Source: the human T2T-CHM13v2.0 reference genome, Homo sapiens. From it: a stretch of 64,000 nucleotides of DNA. The DNA is taken from the NCBI RefSeq assembly GCF_009914755.1, contig NC_060931.1; one strand, given 5' to 3'. Below, piece by piece: positions 13,174 to 32,499 of this stretch. The position numbers and the translations under genes were made by a program. The notes under the pieces were generated by a model. It ran no database searches and was not told the origin of the DNA. It saw only the letters and a list, made by a program, of their open reading frames with translations. Positions within the stretch are counted from its first letter, which is position 1; every line of letters starts with the position of its first letter.

Positions 13174-14638
13174 CTATAAAAGAAGAAGAAATAAGGTATA
13201 AACTGTCCCCATTTTAAACAACTTTATCCTTATAATGGAGACATTCATCATCCCTCTTCAGCAAAAGGAAAAAGATAATTTTTAAAGTTTTCTAATAAAT
13301 GTCACTACCTCCTAATTGCAGTTTGTGTAGCTAACCTATAGGAAATCAAAAGAGTTTAAAAGCTATTTTTTTTCTTGACCCACTGAATAGAAACTGAGAC
13401 TCACTAAATTTGGTATTATCTACTATGTTCTAATAACTGCTCCAATAGTCTATGGGATCTTACCTGTACAGTATTCTTAAACACAAAACAGATCAAAGAT
13501 CTTAACTACATTGCCATTAAGAGATGATCCTTACACGAAAGCAATTCTTTAAAAACAATGACCAAAATTATGTATTAAAGGTAAAGACAGAATTGAAAGA
13601 ACAGACATAAAGACAGTCTTTACTCATAAATCTATTGTATATAACACTGTTTATAAATCACAAATTTCAAGTAACAGAGTGCCCACTCAACCCTCTATGC
13701 TTTATGATTTATCATTGTGCATACAGTTTCCTATGTCAATCAGTTTTACCATTTCTCATCTGTCTCATGAGGCTTTTTCCCCTACTTTTCCTGGTACGTA
13801 ACATTTCGGAAACAAATTTACACGTTTCTTTCTTTATTACCTGGTTACTTCTTGGTGGTACCTACGTACCTCATCTCCTTTACTTTGTGAACACTATATG
13901 CATTCTTTCAGCTTCTCTTACAAACTTAACCTTGGCTAATTTGACCGGTATGTAACTTGATAAAAAGACATCTCACATAATTTGCAACTACCTCAAAATT
14001 CTGTTTTCCTAGAATGTATCTTTAGACCTACTGTTCCTACAATCTCTCCAAATAGCAAGCTCTCTGCAAATGAAAGCTTTCTGCATGTAACTATTCAAGT
14101 GTGTGTAAAGTATTTCTTCCCATTCATATTTGATAATATTCTTACAGACTTATAATTTAGCTATTATGTTCTGCATTTGATAGAATCAAAGCTTCATGAA
14201 TAAATCTACGGCGGGTGTATCATTAATTCTTAGTCTTCTACCTAATTAATAGAAAGTAATTAATCTTATATTTTATTTTAGGTGCTTGTAAGTATAAGGT
14301 AACTGTTATGTTTGCTGTAGCCAATTCTAATGGATTAGAAGGTGAGGTAATTACACTGAGTTTCAATCTCTTTTCCACCCAAAACCCCTGAGGGATATGA
14401 TAGTAACAGTGGCTAACACAATGACCCTTAAGTCATCCGTAGCAAAGTCTCAGGGTTGATAAAGAGAGAAGAGCAGAGTTTGAAAAAGCTTTCTGGCTAG
14501 TGGAGTTTGGAACTGCATTCAATATTCCAGCTGGATGCATACCAACTCAGCAACCAGCGTCATAGCTAAGATACCTGCTCCAAAGGGTTCAGTCAGGCCG
14601 GTCACAGGTTGTCCTGCATCAGCATCATAGGTTTAAGG

Positions 14639-15439
14639 CAGTAGTTCTCAATGAGGGAAGCACTCAAGGGGCAGTCTGGAAATTTGTGGAAACTTTTATT
14701 GGGAGAGACTGTTAAAGTGACTGGGAGAGTCTACTGGTGTTCAGTGGATGGGGACCAGAGATGTCTTTCAAGGCTCAGGCTAGCCCCGTACAACAAAGAA
14801 TTGTCCCGCACAATTTCTGAATGCCCTGCAAGACATGCCTGAAGCTGTTTATTGAGCCAGAAACAAATTTCATATTATACGTAATTACAAAGTATTTTCC
14901 CAGCTTTGTTTAAAATTTTACTAAGAGTTATCTGAGAAAAATCACATTATTGATGTTTCATGGTACCTGAGTTGCCAATTCATACACCAGTAACAATCTG
15001 CATTTGTAGTTGTCACAGTCCATGATTTTACAAATAGGTGCAAGTATCTTACTTCTTTATTACATAGGATAAAATAGTACTTTAGAGCCTCAATATGTAA
15101 AGAAATTCTTCAATGATCTAGTTAAAATGCAGATTCAGATCCAGCAGATCTGAGGCAGGGCTGAAGAGTTTGCCTAATAAGCTCTCCAGTGATATTAATG
15201 TTATGGGCCCAGAGGCCACACCTTGAATAGCAAGGTTCTAGAGTAGGAATGTACAAGCATTTATATGTACAAATAGTCTTTTTATAATTACTTTCCTTTT
15301 ATTCCTTGTTTATATATACTTTTTCAAATTATGTGTGTAGACAAATTATATTATCAAGAAGTCATTTCATGAAAGTCAAGGGGTGTTACATTCGTTTTTA
15401 AAAAGTGGACACTGAGTCGGATAAGGTTGAAGGCCACTG
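14639..15439. mobile_element. MER20B-like hAT element with nested MER5A1-like MITE (~15080-15240)
   Basis: cagtagttctcaa...caacaaagaattgtcc...aaggttgaaggccactg. The nested part contains aaatgcagattc...ccacaccttgaatagcaagg. Confidence 0.6.
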
Positions 15440-15524
15440 GTTTATGGAAATGTTTTCTGGCCAACGTTTGGGTGTAACACCTTTATAACAACATGAGATT
15501 GGTATGTAATTATGATGACATGTT

Positions 15525-16005
15525 CACACTGCAGCCAGAATGGTACTGTCAAAGCACAAATCTAACCGTGTCACTCTGTTCTTAAGAACATTCAAAAGTT
15601 TTCCACTGCCTTTAGGATAAAGTGCAAACTCCTTAGCGTGGTTAGAAAGCCCTTCATGATCCATTACCACTTACCTTGGCACCTTCTTTCTCACCACTGC
15701 AATCTAATCTTCCAGCCAAACAAATCACTTGCAGATTGAGGTCTTTCTCATCCAGAAGCATTTGTATAGTTGCTGTGCCAGAAGCACTTTACCCCAAAGA
15801 CAGCAGAGGGGTACGTACCTCCCTCCCAAGGTGGAATGCTATCCCTTGTGCCTTTACAGCACACAACACTTCTCATATTGTTACTTTCGTAAAAAGGAAG
15901 GTACTACTTATTTATCTACTACTACTTGTTTATCAGTATATGCTCAGTGTCTTAAATAATGCCTGGCATATTGCAGGTACTCAATAAATGCTTACTGAAA
16001 AACTG
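15525..16005 (+). mobile_element. L2 3' region
   Basis: Ends gcctggcatattgcaggtactcaataaatgcttactgaa, an L2 3' terminus. Confidence 0.7.
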
Positions 16006-17683
16006 AACTATCTTAGCATTAAACAAAAAGAATTACACGGATTTGTAACAATAGTGGGCCTCAAAGTATTAGCAAATGGCAAGCGGTTGATAAGAAATAG
16101 GCTGCCCAGGCAAGGGAAAAACAATGAATTTAAACTTTCCATATTAACTTGAACACTCTAGATTCTGCCTAAACAACTAGCAAAATAGTATTCTAGTGAA
16201 CTAACAAAGGTTATGGAGAGTAGACAGAGCACCCTGTACATCAGCACATTATCTATATACTCAATATCACGATGTCCTTCACAGTGGGCCAATTTTCCTA
16301 CTAACATAGAAAATAAGAGGCCATGTGACAGAATTATAAATGTTCAAGGGCATGTCTAGTACCAAAATATCTTGCTATATATTCCTTGGGAAAACAGTCA
16401 AGTATTCATAGATACTACAGAGAAAAAACAAAAACTTGGTAATCAGATGGATGAATGAGTGAATAAATGAATGGATGGATGAACAACATGCCAATAATCA
16501 ACACAGAATACACTGGAATAGGAACTGTAAGACCACGGACAAGTCACTCAACTTCCTTTTGCCTCAGTTTCTTATTTGTAAAATGAAATGTTGTGTCTTT
16601 AAAGTCATAGTTCATCAAACAAGCTACTTTCCTGGGTTATCACATATACCCAGGGCACTCTTCTTTATGTGCTACCTAGATAACACCTATTAATTCTTCA
16701 AGCTGACCCTAATTATCCTTTCCTCAGAGAAGCTTTTTGTCAATCTCCACACTAGCTAAGTGTTCTAATATATGTTCCCAAAAAGCTGTGTAATTTCCTT
16801 TTATAAATACTCAGCACACATTTAAGCACTTAAAATTCTGTCTTCCCTACCAGTCTGTGAGCTTGTGTCTGGCTTGCTAACTACTTCCCCCCTACCCGCC
16901 CCCTGGCATCAAAATATCTAGCAAATAGTAGGTATTCAAGAATTAATTTGCAGAATAAATGAATTAGGTCCTCACAAATCTAAAATTTTAGGACTTAGAA
17001 GGTGATCATCATTACCTCTATCGTTGGCTCTAATTACCTTGTCTTCTAAGATCTTTTTTTTTCTATCAACCAACAAATGAATACATTTGACAATCAATCT
17101 TGGTATGAAGCTTTTTGGTATGCAAAAATTATTTTCAAAATAAGCTTTAATTGTTCCTAAACTCTCCTATTCTGTTAATCAGAATTAGGTCAAATATCAA
17201 ATTGTTCATCATCCAAAGATAAGTAAATTACAAGGATCCTTCTTTGACTTGAAAGTGACGCTAACAATTTGAACCTTCTTTTGAGTTTTCGAGTGAAGCC
17301 AACTTCACTAGAAGTTTTCCAAATACTAAAAAGGTTATAAAGACAAATTAAGAGAATTTTAAAAGATATTATTTAGAAGTGGTACTATTTAATAAAAAAC
17401 AAAACACTTGTCTCTGGTCTTTCTGGACTTTCAAGAGAAATAAAGGAAAGCACCCATTTATTTTATTTAAGAAAATCCAATGTCCTCTCACCAAGAAAGA
17501 ATTATTTCAAACATATAAAACTAGTAGAGTATATTTTTAAGTATACTTAGACTCATGATAAAGTACTCTCTTTCAGTAGTCACTACTTAGATTCATTTCC
17601 TTCAATATAATAGTTAAGATTAATCTTACTAGAGTTACTTGAAACGGAAATAAGAAATCTCTGTAAGTAAATAAAAAACACGA

Positions 17684-18515
17684 TGGCTCACACCTGTACT
17701 CCCAGCACTTTGGGGGGCCGAGGCAGGTGGATCACTTGAGGTCAGGAGTTTGAGACCAGCCTAGTCAACATGGTGAAACCCCATCTCCACTAAAAATCCA
17801 AAAAAAAAAAAAAATTAGCTGGGCATGGTGGTGCACACCTGTAATCCCAGTTCCTCAGGTGGTGGAGACAGGAGAATCACTTGAACCCAGGGGGTGGAGG
17901 CTGCAGTGAGCTGAGATTGTGCACTGCACTCCAGCCTGGGCAAAAAACAAACAAACAAACAAAAAACCCTCTTATAAATCACATACCCAAAAGAGGTAGG
18001 AAACTTAGAATCCAAATATCATATTCAGTCTATGCCTTAATTTCATCCAAATTTTGGATGCTATTTCATATGCCTCCAGTACTACAGTTGATCAGATCCA
18101 AGATGTATTAATAAAAACAGGTACATCCATATCCAAGAGCTCTCAAATCAAGATAAAAGTTCCATTCATTTACTGGAACTGCACGTCAGAAACGTGAAAG
18201 TAGATTCTAGGTTGGGCGCAGTGGCTCATACCTGCAATCCCAGCACTTTGGGAGGCCAAGGCAGGCAGATTGCTTGAGCTCAGGAGTTCAAGACCAGCCT
18301 GGGCAATGTGGCAAAACCCCATCTCTGCAAAAAATACAAAAACTAGCCAGGTGTGGTGATATGCACCTGTAGACCCAGTTACCTGGGGGGCTGAGGCACA
18401 AGAATCACTTGAGCCCAGGAGGCTGAGGCTGCAGTGAACCATGATCATACCACTACACTCCAGTCTGGGTGACAAAGTGAGACCATGTCTCCAAAAAAAA
18501 AAAAAAAAAAAAAAA
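17684..18515 (+). mobile_element. Two Alus (17684-17967, 18210-18515)
   Basis: Dimeric Alus with A tails. The second has TSD aaagtagattcta. Confidence 0.92.
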
Positions 18516-20071
18516 GTAGATTCTAATCAGTAAGATTAGTAGGTGTAAATACTGGCATAAGTGCCCGTTGGTTAGAGGAGTATATAGAAGTGCCCTGTGG
18601 TTAGAAAAAAGGTAGCTCACACCTTTTTAACTCTATTTAATAGAGTTAAAAGATGGAGATAAAAGGATTAGTGCAAAGTTGAGATGTTGTTCAAGGAAAT
18701 GATCAAAGGTGAGGCAGGATTCTCTCTGTCTGGGGAATAACCACTAGCTTAAAAAAAAAAGAGGGAGAACTGGCTACAGAAGGTGAGTCATACACCTAAA
18801 ATGAGCTCTTTGCTGAACATTTCTTACTAAAGAAGTCTTTTTCTATATCAACTCTAGACCACTCCTTTGGATTTGGAAAGAACTTGATGTCCTGAGTATC
18901 ATGTAACTAACGACTGCCAGCATCCCTGGACCTAGGTCATAGTAACTCTTGAGTTGCCTCCATGTTTATCATCCATGACAGATCCTTCTTACTAATGTCC
19001 CTGACTTTCGCGGGGTCAAAATCATTTCGTATTGATTTTGAAGCCCTGTATAGTTGCAACACATATAAACACATCATCAATAAAGATTAACTATTTTTTA
19101 AATTAATTTTTACAAAAACAGACATTAGACTCCTTAAAGATCCTCCTTCTGGGGCCTTTAACACGCTCAGCCAATTCCCAAGGTTCCTATCTCCTTAAGC
19201 ATGTTCACTACAATCTTTCCTCTGATTGGTACCATGCCAAGTATTACTTTAAATTCTTCTCAAGGATCTTTTGGAAGATCCCCCAAAACCAGCTCTCTCC
19301 TACCAAGTAAACACTCTGCCTGTCGATCAGCTTATATTTGCCTTCTCAACAATCTAGTCAGTATCTCATGGTATATCAGAAACTAAAAATTACCAGATGC
19401 ATATCCAAGGGCCTCAAGGAAAGTATGAGTTCGACATTACTCTAACAAGGCTTTTGGTGGAAGAAGAGAAAAAAGAGGTACTAAGAAACAAGGTTAAGCT
19501 CTCTCCTCCCCCGAATGAATGACAAAGAAATTGGGTCCTTTATTTCACATTACCAAATTCTCCCTCTTCCTCCAAACTGGCTTAAAATGAATAAGAATGA
19601 TGAGACAGTATAGTAATAGTTCTGAAAAATCAAGAATTACTACTTGGGCAGAATTTTTAAAATCTAGGTTACTAAAATCTCTAGTGAGTTCAAACAACTG
19701 CACCTCCACTGTTGGTTCTTATACAGACACAGAAAAGAGAAAAGAAACAGAGTATTCATATCACATGTTAGCCTTAACAGCAAAATAGAATCATTATCCA
19801 ATTTTCACAGATTGTCAGCACGTTAGAAATCTAGTTCAACTCCTTAGTTTTAGAACTGAAGAAATTGAAGCCAAGAAAGATTAAGACACTTGCCTAAGAT
19901 CACGACTGGTCATTGGTTTCTTAGCAATTATTCAAAAGTAATTTCTTATTTTCTCCTTCAAGATATAATGTGTTCAGAGGAATCACACAATTGAGCAGGG
20001 TCAAATATTATTTCCAAGTAAGACAAGGAAACAAAAAATATCAAGATGACAAAGAAAACAAGAGGACTTAC

Positions 20072-20269
20072 CTCTGGGTCTGCTAGGCGCTGAGATAAAC
20101 CTACAACAAAGACGAGGTTTTTTTGTACGACACGTACACTAGCCAAATGTTTGCGATTTTCTGATATTTTCTGTTTTCTCTCATTTTGTTTCTGTTTTTT
20201 CTCATTCTTTATCCTTTGCAGCTCTTCCTGGGAGAGTGGTTTATAAACTGCTGGGTCTTCTGGATATGG
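20072..20269 (-). CDS. CNOT4: CNOT4 exon 3, aa 59-124, coiled coil and start of RRM
   Basis: PYPEDPAVYKPLSQEELQRIKNEKKQKQNERKQKISENRKHLASVRVVQKNLVFVVGLSQRLADPE. Acceptor gctaac...cttaaag|, donor GAG|gtaagt; 198 nt, phase 0-0. Confidence 0.97.
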
Positions 20270-21953
20270 CTTTAAGCATGAAACAAACATAGACGTTAGC
20301 ATTAAATTAATTAAAAAAACTGCGTAAGTAATTATCTGATTCTTGGTGGTGGGTATGTGGTTATCTGTTACATTCTCCCTTTATTAGAATGTTTTAACTG
20401 CTTAAAAAATTTTTTTATTTAATAAAAGACAAATGTTAAATAAAATAGTTCTAATAAAAAATTTTTTGGAGCTTAGCACAGACCACTTTTAGTGCTAAAA
20501 CATCTACGGTTTAAAGGCAAAACAACAACAAACCAATCTTGATATTCCCTGCAGTGTCCAACAGAGTTTATGGGAAGATTAAGCCTCTAAGGTGCTATGT
20601 AAGAGGCAAGGAGTGTAAGTTCTTGCATCTAAATGTGGGTTTTACACATTATAATTAACAAATATTTAATGAAAACCTACTATGTGCTAGGAGATTAATG
20701 AAGTTACACATTTGTTCTTAAAGCAATTATTACTGTGCCTGGAACATAGTAATCTCTCAGTATAATACTAGCAATCACACTGTTGTGTGATCTTTTCTTT
20801 CTTAGCATTTTGATACCATTTTCATTCCTACTACTAATGCCAGGGCTACCAAATGAGGGCTCTGGAGACAGAATGCTGGCACTGCATCCTAGCTCAGCCA
20901 TTACTATCTAAGTGACTTTGGTAAAGTCATATGACCTTTCTACCTCAGTCGTCTCATCTGTAAAATGGAAACTACAGTACTTTATTTATTCACCTATAAA
21001 GTGATTAACACTGTGTCCTACATATAAGTATTCAAAAGTCAATTATTACTACTAAAAACAAATAGTTAATGATAAATGGAAGATGCGGCACATTATTTTT
21101 TCTTTTCTTCCCTCCCCCAAGACCCGTGCACACACAACACCAACATAGGGGCACATTAAATGCCATAATATTTTAAACTGGATAGGAAGAGATTCCAGGG
21201 ATGGAAACTCAACTGGTAGGGAAATTGGCACCTATCAGAATACAAGAGTGGGGAACAACAGAAATAATGCCAAACCAAAAAAAAAAAAAGGTGGAAACAA
21301 GGAAGGGTGGAAGAAATAGCTACAGGCCTGAAATTTTGCTATGACTTTAAAGTAAAGTTAACCTCCATCTCTTCATATATAAGCGTTAAAAAAAAAAAAA
21401 ACCTCTCAAATTTGTGAACATACCCAGAGTAACGCTGACGGCAATTAAGAAAGTGAGATTTCACCTTATATTTCACAACTTTTACTAGTATATACCCTGA
21501 GGTCTCCAAGAACCCTATTCTTTCCCTTTTATTCCCACTTTCAATTTTAACTTACTGCTTTTTAAGGAAACTTAATACTCTTCATAGTTTACCTTGTTAT
21601 CAATGAATTAGAGCTGGTGACCCAAAAAAGATTCAGGCTTAATCCTTAACAGTTTGGTAGGATGTAAACACCCATACCACTTGATTCCCACATTAAGAAT
21701 CTGGATCTTTGAGTTAGTGGATCCTATTTGGCATACTCCAACTTATTTGTGAGTGGAAGGCATACAAAGCAGCTTGCTTAGTAATTTACCTGATTTTGGT
21801 ATGATTTTAGGACTTTCTCCAGGATCAAATATAAATTTAGTATGATTTCAGAAGCTCAATAAATATTTGCCAAGCAAACATCAAAAGCTACTCTCCAGAA
21901 TTGAAAACTCAGCATTTCTGTGTTTTAAAAGCCACCAAAACAAACAAACAAAC

Positions 21954-21956
<3 letters not shown>

Positions 21957-21997
<41 letters not shown>
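21957..21997. repeat. (CA)n microsatellite, about 20 units
   Basis: Uninterrupted acac run. Confidence 0.97.
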
Positions 21998-21998
<1 letters not shown>

Positions 21999-22408
21999 TT
22001 TTTATTAAAACATAAATTATTTCTTGCATTTTAATTTAAGGAACCAAACAGTTAAAGATCTATTAAGGTAAGTTCAGTTCCTCAATCAATTACGTAGTCA
22101 TCCACATTTAAGTTTTTTCTTAATGCCTTCCTCTCAAAACTTCCTTCTCCACTTACTTTTCTGTACCTACATTAATTATCTCCTTCAAATCTTAATCTAT
22201 CTGCCTGGATGATTTTAATCCCTTGAAGCTATTTGGAGCTCTAAAGGCACAAATGTAAAAAGATATAAAAGTGAACTATATATTAACTAATTAAAACACT
22301 TTTCTATAAGATAACTTAAATTTTTCATTTGCACCTAGAAAAGCTGTTTTCTACCCCAGAATTCCTGGGGTAGTTCCTTCTGAAGTGTTTACAATTAAGT
22401 TCATTTGA

Positions 22409-22769
<361 letters not shown>

Positions 22770-23851
22770 CTAAAACACCGATGCTCCACTGCCTGAATGG
22801 ATCAAACACATGGATTGCTCCTAGTTTTGTTTCAAAGTATAGTTGACGCACTGCCTTTTACCAGTCCATAACAAGGAAAGTACAAAAACTGAGATAAGCG
22901 TTCAGAAACTCTCAGAGCAACTGACACTACCCCAACATTCAGGTCCATCACCAGTGGACTCTGCAGAATAAGATATTTTTCAATGTAGTCGAACATATGA
23001 CACAAGCAAAATATTAGCCATGCATAATAGCACTCTATATCAGTCCTCAACAGACAGGGGAAAAGAAAGAAAAGAAAAAATCTGGTTCTTCATCACAGAA
23101 GGCGTAAGAAGCAATGATGTAACTTTTCTGGGACTTAGATTTTTCTGAGAACTGGCAGAATGTGACAAACACCCTCAAGCTGTTTCCTTTGTTAGTATTC
23201 TATGAGGTTGTATAAAATACTGATTACACATGAGGCAAAGTCATGTAATATTTGAAAATACATGAACACAAAAAAATTGAGGGAGAGTGACAAGTAAGAA
23301 AAATCAGGTTGCAATATCAACTCTTATCAAGTATATTACTGATGCACCATCATGTTAAGCATATAACACTGAGTTATATTGTTCTCTTAGTCTTTTTGCT
23401 ATGTTATTCCAAGTTTTGTTCCTATGGAAATATATTTCCATCAGGCTTCAAAGTCAACGTTGTTGGAACATAACTGCTACATAATACAAAAGATACAAAC
23501 ACAGAAGAACATGAGACAGAGTATTCTACTACAATTTACCCTCCAAATATATCTTATTCCAGTACCTTAAAAGAAGTTATAAATACTAGTTGTTTAATCT
23601 TAACACCTGAAAAATATAAAATATGCTAACCACAAATAGCAAATGCATAATCAAAAGGTTTATTAACTTCAACTTGTCCAAAAGTTTTATTAAAACATTG
23701 GAAAAGCATGTATTCCAAAAAAGTTCCTCCTCCATTACAATTCCTTCACTACACACACCACCATATATACCTACTGCACAAACCCAAGGTCAGAATATCA
23801 ATAAACTAATACAATAAAATAAGGATGAGAGGTAGACTATAAAGATGGGAG

Positions 23852-24905
<1,054 letters not shown>

Positions 24906-27569
24906 TCAAATGAAAAGTTACAAGCAGAAAATTTCTCTTTAAACATACTATTGTGCATTACATATCAAACTAATGCAAAATAGGTTGCCTATGGAGAAGT
25001 ATTTAGATATAACACTATTTTTAATAGTTATAAACTGCCAAATTACTAGTTAACATGGTTTGCAGTTTCTAGTGTAATTACTTAATTTCTTCCATATGTG
25101 TAGTTATGTTTCCACTTTTATTCCAAATGCTATTTACATGTGTCTTCTCTTTACTTTTTATTAAACTTGCTAAGACTTTAATTATTTTATTGGTCTTTTC
25201 AGAGAACCAGCTCTAATCTTTATTGAAAAACTTTTTTTTTTCCTATTTCACAAAATTCTGCTTACTCACTCCCTTCCACTGTCCCAGGGCTTATTCTTTT
25301 TCTGATTTCTTTTTCTGATCCCTTCCACTGTCATAGTACTCATTCTTTTTCTAATTTTTGTTGTTTTCTAATAAATGTATTCACAGCTTTAGCTTTTCTG
25401 CTGCATACCACTTGGGCCTCATGCCAGATATTCAGAAATCATGTTCCAAGTATTGATTCAGAATAATTTGTAATTTTCTTTTTGATCTCTTTAAACCAAG
25501 AGTTATGGAAGACCATAATTTATGTATTACAGGTAAATGAACTTTTAAAAAATCCTTTTGCTGTTAACATCTAATTTGATTATACTATTTTTTTAGGGTT
25601 CTAGTTTCCAGTAATGGAGAGCTAATTAACCCTTTTACTAAAAACCATGAAAAATACAACATAAAAATTTTTTTTTTCTTCTTACTAACATCCTAAAAAT
25701 CTATACTGGAAAAATCCCAAGCCAGTTTTTGGTTGAAAGTAAAAATTCAGAGCCTAAACAGAAAATCTGATTAACAATAAATGGGGTAGGGAGAGAAAGA
25801 GCTAAGGAGAAAGAACATTCAAAGCCCAACACCAGCTCATGGTAGTCTTTGGCAAGATAGGTTCCATGATAAGCTGAGATACAGCCCACCTCCAAACGGT
25901 GGGCTCAGGATAAGAACAAATTACAAACCAGAGGATAGTCTCAGGGTAAGAACAAACTACAGAAAGGTCAGACTAAGGTAAGAAAAAAGAAAAAGTAGGT
26001 AGGGGAAAACCATCCTGGAGAAATTGTTGAAATCAACCCTAGGGAAGAGTTGCAGCATGGAGATATATTGCTTGGCTAGACCAAAAACCTTTAAGCACAT
26101 GGCAGCCCTAATGCCAATGCTTACAGGACCCAGCAGAAGCCAAATTGAAGCCTCTCTAGAGAGGAGCAAATCCACACTAGTCCTTGGGGAACCTTACAAA
26201 TAATTTTCTCAATGACAATAACAAGGAAGCAGCCACATTAACCAAACACAAAGAAATACAACAACATGAGCAACAATAAGCAGAAATATAGCCCACAGAC
26301 TTCAGCCACTGGAATTACTGGACAAAGATGTTTTTAAAAAATAATGCTTATCTGTTTAAAAAATATATAACCTTGAAAATACCTACAGGGTATAATAATC
26401 TATTTTAAAATAACAGCAAGAGAAAAAAAAGAGCAAACATTACTTCTAGGTATGGAAAACACAAAACCAATAGTTAAAAACTCAACAGACATATTTAGTG
26501 GCAGATTGGATACAAAACAAACTATTCGCACATGAGGACAGGTCAGAATAAATCATTTACTAAGGTATGAAGGAGAAAGAACATACAGAAAAGAGATTAA
26601 GAGACATAGAAGACAGTGAAAAAAAATCTGAAAAATATTTAATCAGAGTCACAGAGGAGAAGAAAGAGAAAAAAGGTTGTATCTGAAGAGATAATAGCTT
26701 AATTTTTATCTTGAACTAAGGAAATTCACCAGCCCACAGATTTAAAAAGTCTCCCAAGGAGGATAAATTTTTAAAATACACAAGGGAGATTTACTTTTTG
26801 GAATTGGCTAATTTTTCCATTGTGGCCTGTTTTTTGACCACTGCTCTTGTATTTAACATTGTGACAAATTTATCTGTACAAAGTTATACACACACACATA
26901 CACACACACATCTTGCTAATTCTGTTATTCAAATTCCCCATTTTCTTTTCATTGTCTACTTCATCTATTTCTAAAATACAGAAGGGGAAGTCTCTCCATT
27001 ATAAATACGGATGTCAGTTTCTCCTGGTGTTTATAATGGCTCAATATACTTCAAAGTTGTACTGTTAAGTAAAGATTCATGACTTTGTGGAACTTTTGCC
27101 CTTTTAAAATGTGTTTGATCTTGAATTTCATTATGACTAATATCAGTACTATTATATCTTCTTTCCTATGATTTCCATTTGCCCACTGTATCATTTTTCC
27201 CTCCTTTCATTGATATTTTTCTTGAATATGCTTCTAGTCAATTGGTTCTACAAGTTTTGTTAGGAAAAAGAGCAGTCCCCCATTTTCCCTCCTCCTCTAC
27301 AACCAGTTGCCTCTTCCTAGAAATAATCATGTTGACTCTTTTAGATGATTCTTTGTCATTTACTACCATATCTCTAAATAATACATCCATATTGCTACTT
27401 CTTGATTTCTCAGTTTTAGATATCATCACATTATGCAACTTGAAGATTTAGCCCTGTCAGTTCCCCTCATCAAACATCCCGAGTCCACTTTCTAATTTCT
27501 ACCATAACTTTGGTTAGGGCAATATTCAGGATTACATTATTATAAAATGCAAATGTTATTTACACTCTT

Positions 27570-30230
<2,661 letters not shown>

Positions 30231-31253
30231 CATGTGAGCCACTGCAGCATAATATGATTGCTTTTTCATTTCTCTACAACTTTTTGTTTCCCCTAGAGTT
30301 AATCTGTTTTGTCTGATTATATTTTTAGGTGTTCATTACTAATTCAACCATCAAATCTCTTCAAACTGGCAAAATGGTCTCACAAGACATTTCTCTTTTA
30401 GAACACCAAGTATTCTTTTAATTTTATCTTTTTCTACAAATCCCTCTTGCAGTTCTCTGATGTGTTGCATTTTGGACTGGTTGCCCTCTTTACCTTGGGC
30501 ACAGCTGTCATCCTTTCCCCAGGGGCTTCTCTCCTGTGTTGGATCTCCTGTTTCCTTTATCCCATGATTCTCTGTTCTTTATTCCTTCATGTTGGTGGGG
30601 CACATCCTCCAATAGATTCCTGGGAGAGAATGCATGGAAGGTAAAAAAATTTTGAGGCCTCTCAGGTCTGAAAATGTCTTTTAGTGTACCGTCACACTTA
30701 ACAGTTGAGCAGATACGGAATCCGAAGATGAAAATTAATTTCCTTCAGAAGTATCTTCTAGCTTGAAGTCTTGCTATTGAGAAATCTGAAACGATTCGGA
30801 TTCCTTGTCTTTTACATGCGATCTGCTATTTTCCTCTGTGGAAGCTTGTAGAACTTCTTTGTCTTTGGTATTCTGGTATTTCCAAATAAAAAAGTTTGTG
30901 CTGGACACTTGATAGGCCCTTTCAATCTGAAAATGTGTTCTTTGGTTCTGGGAAATATTCTTCGATCATATTCTTGGATGATTACTTCCCCTCTGTATCA
31001 CTGTGATCTCGTCCTAGAGTACTGATCTCTTCCTAGAGCACTTAATTGTTTGGTATTTGACGTCCTTGATTGATCCTCAGATGAACTTAATCTCTTCTCC
31101 CAAATATTTCATCTCTTTTGCTTTTTGTTTCACTAAAAGATCTTCTCAACTTCATCTTCCAATGCTTTCCTTCAGTTATTTTTGCTATTATATTTTAATT
31201 TTCAATGACAATGGTTACTGTTCACTGAATATTCTTCTTTATATCATCCTGTT

Positions 31254-31607
<354 letters not shown>

Positions 31608-32499
31608 TGAAATAAAAATAATAATACTTCTGTTGAAGTTCTCATTTCCTTGTATAGTCTCTGGTTTCCATGGGAATCAATACAGAATGCCACATCAGTG
31701 CACCACCTATGTTCCCATATCTGCTGTTTCCACTAGTAGCTTTCTCAGAAATGCTGCACTAAAAGGACACATGAAAGCAGTCTAAGAAAAAACCAAGTAG
31801 CCTGTGCCTGTGTTTAGCAGCTAGGACCAAACGGGAACACTAAACTCTCTTGGTTTTTAAAATCTGGCTGTCTCTGCTTTTCAAAGATATTAAAGCTAAG
31901 AGAAACTTTCTGCAAAACAGGCACGTTTCATATTGTAGACTGAGAACAGGAGCTTGATTCAACTAGCTCCCTACTTGCATCTCCCAAGTTTCTTCAGATC
32001 ATCTCAATATGCCACCTCACAGCATGGCCTCTGTAGACCCTGTGCCTGCAGGGTTGGGTTACATGTAAATGGCAGCTTCATGACCCTCTCTAGGCCTCTA
32101 GCAACATTGTGGTTTTCCTCTGTGTTAACACAACCACTGTAGATGGCCTCCAGAGACCAAAGACTTGCTTGACTCCGACCGACACAGGCAACTTCACAAA
32201 TATTTATCTTGCGCTGCGCTGAGCAGATTCTCTGGCAAGACTAGGCCAGGATTCAGACTCCAAGACTCTCTGCTGCCTGCACTACAAAGTCTGGTGACCA
32301 GGAGACCAAGAAGAGGTTCTAGGAGATGTGATTAAGTCAACAAGAAACCAAAAAATTATTCCTGGCCTAATAACAATAACCACCTCAGCTAAAGATGTAA
32401 CTTGGAGACCCTAAAGGGAGGTTGTCTTAGACCTCTGTAATCTGGATTTCTTTTTTCTGTAACTGTTGGAAAGTTTTGGTGCTTATCCTTAGACAATCT

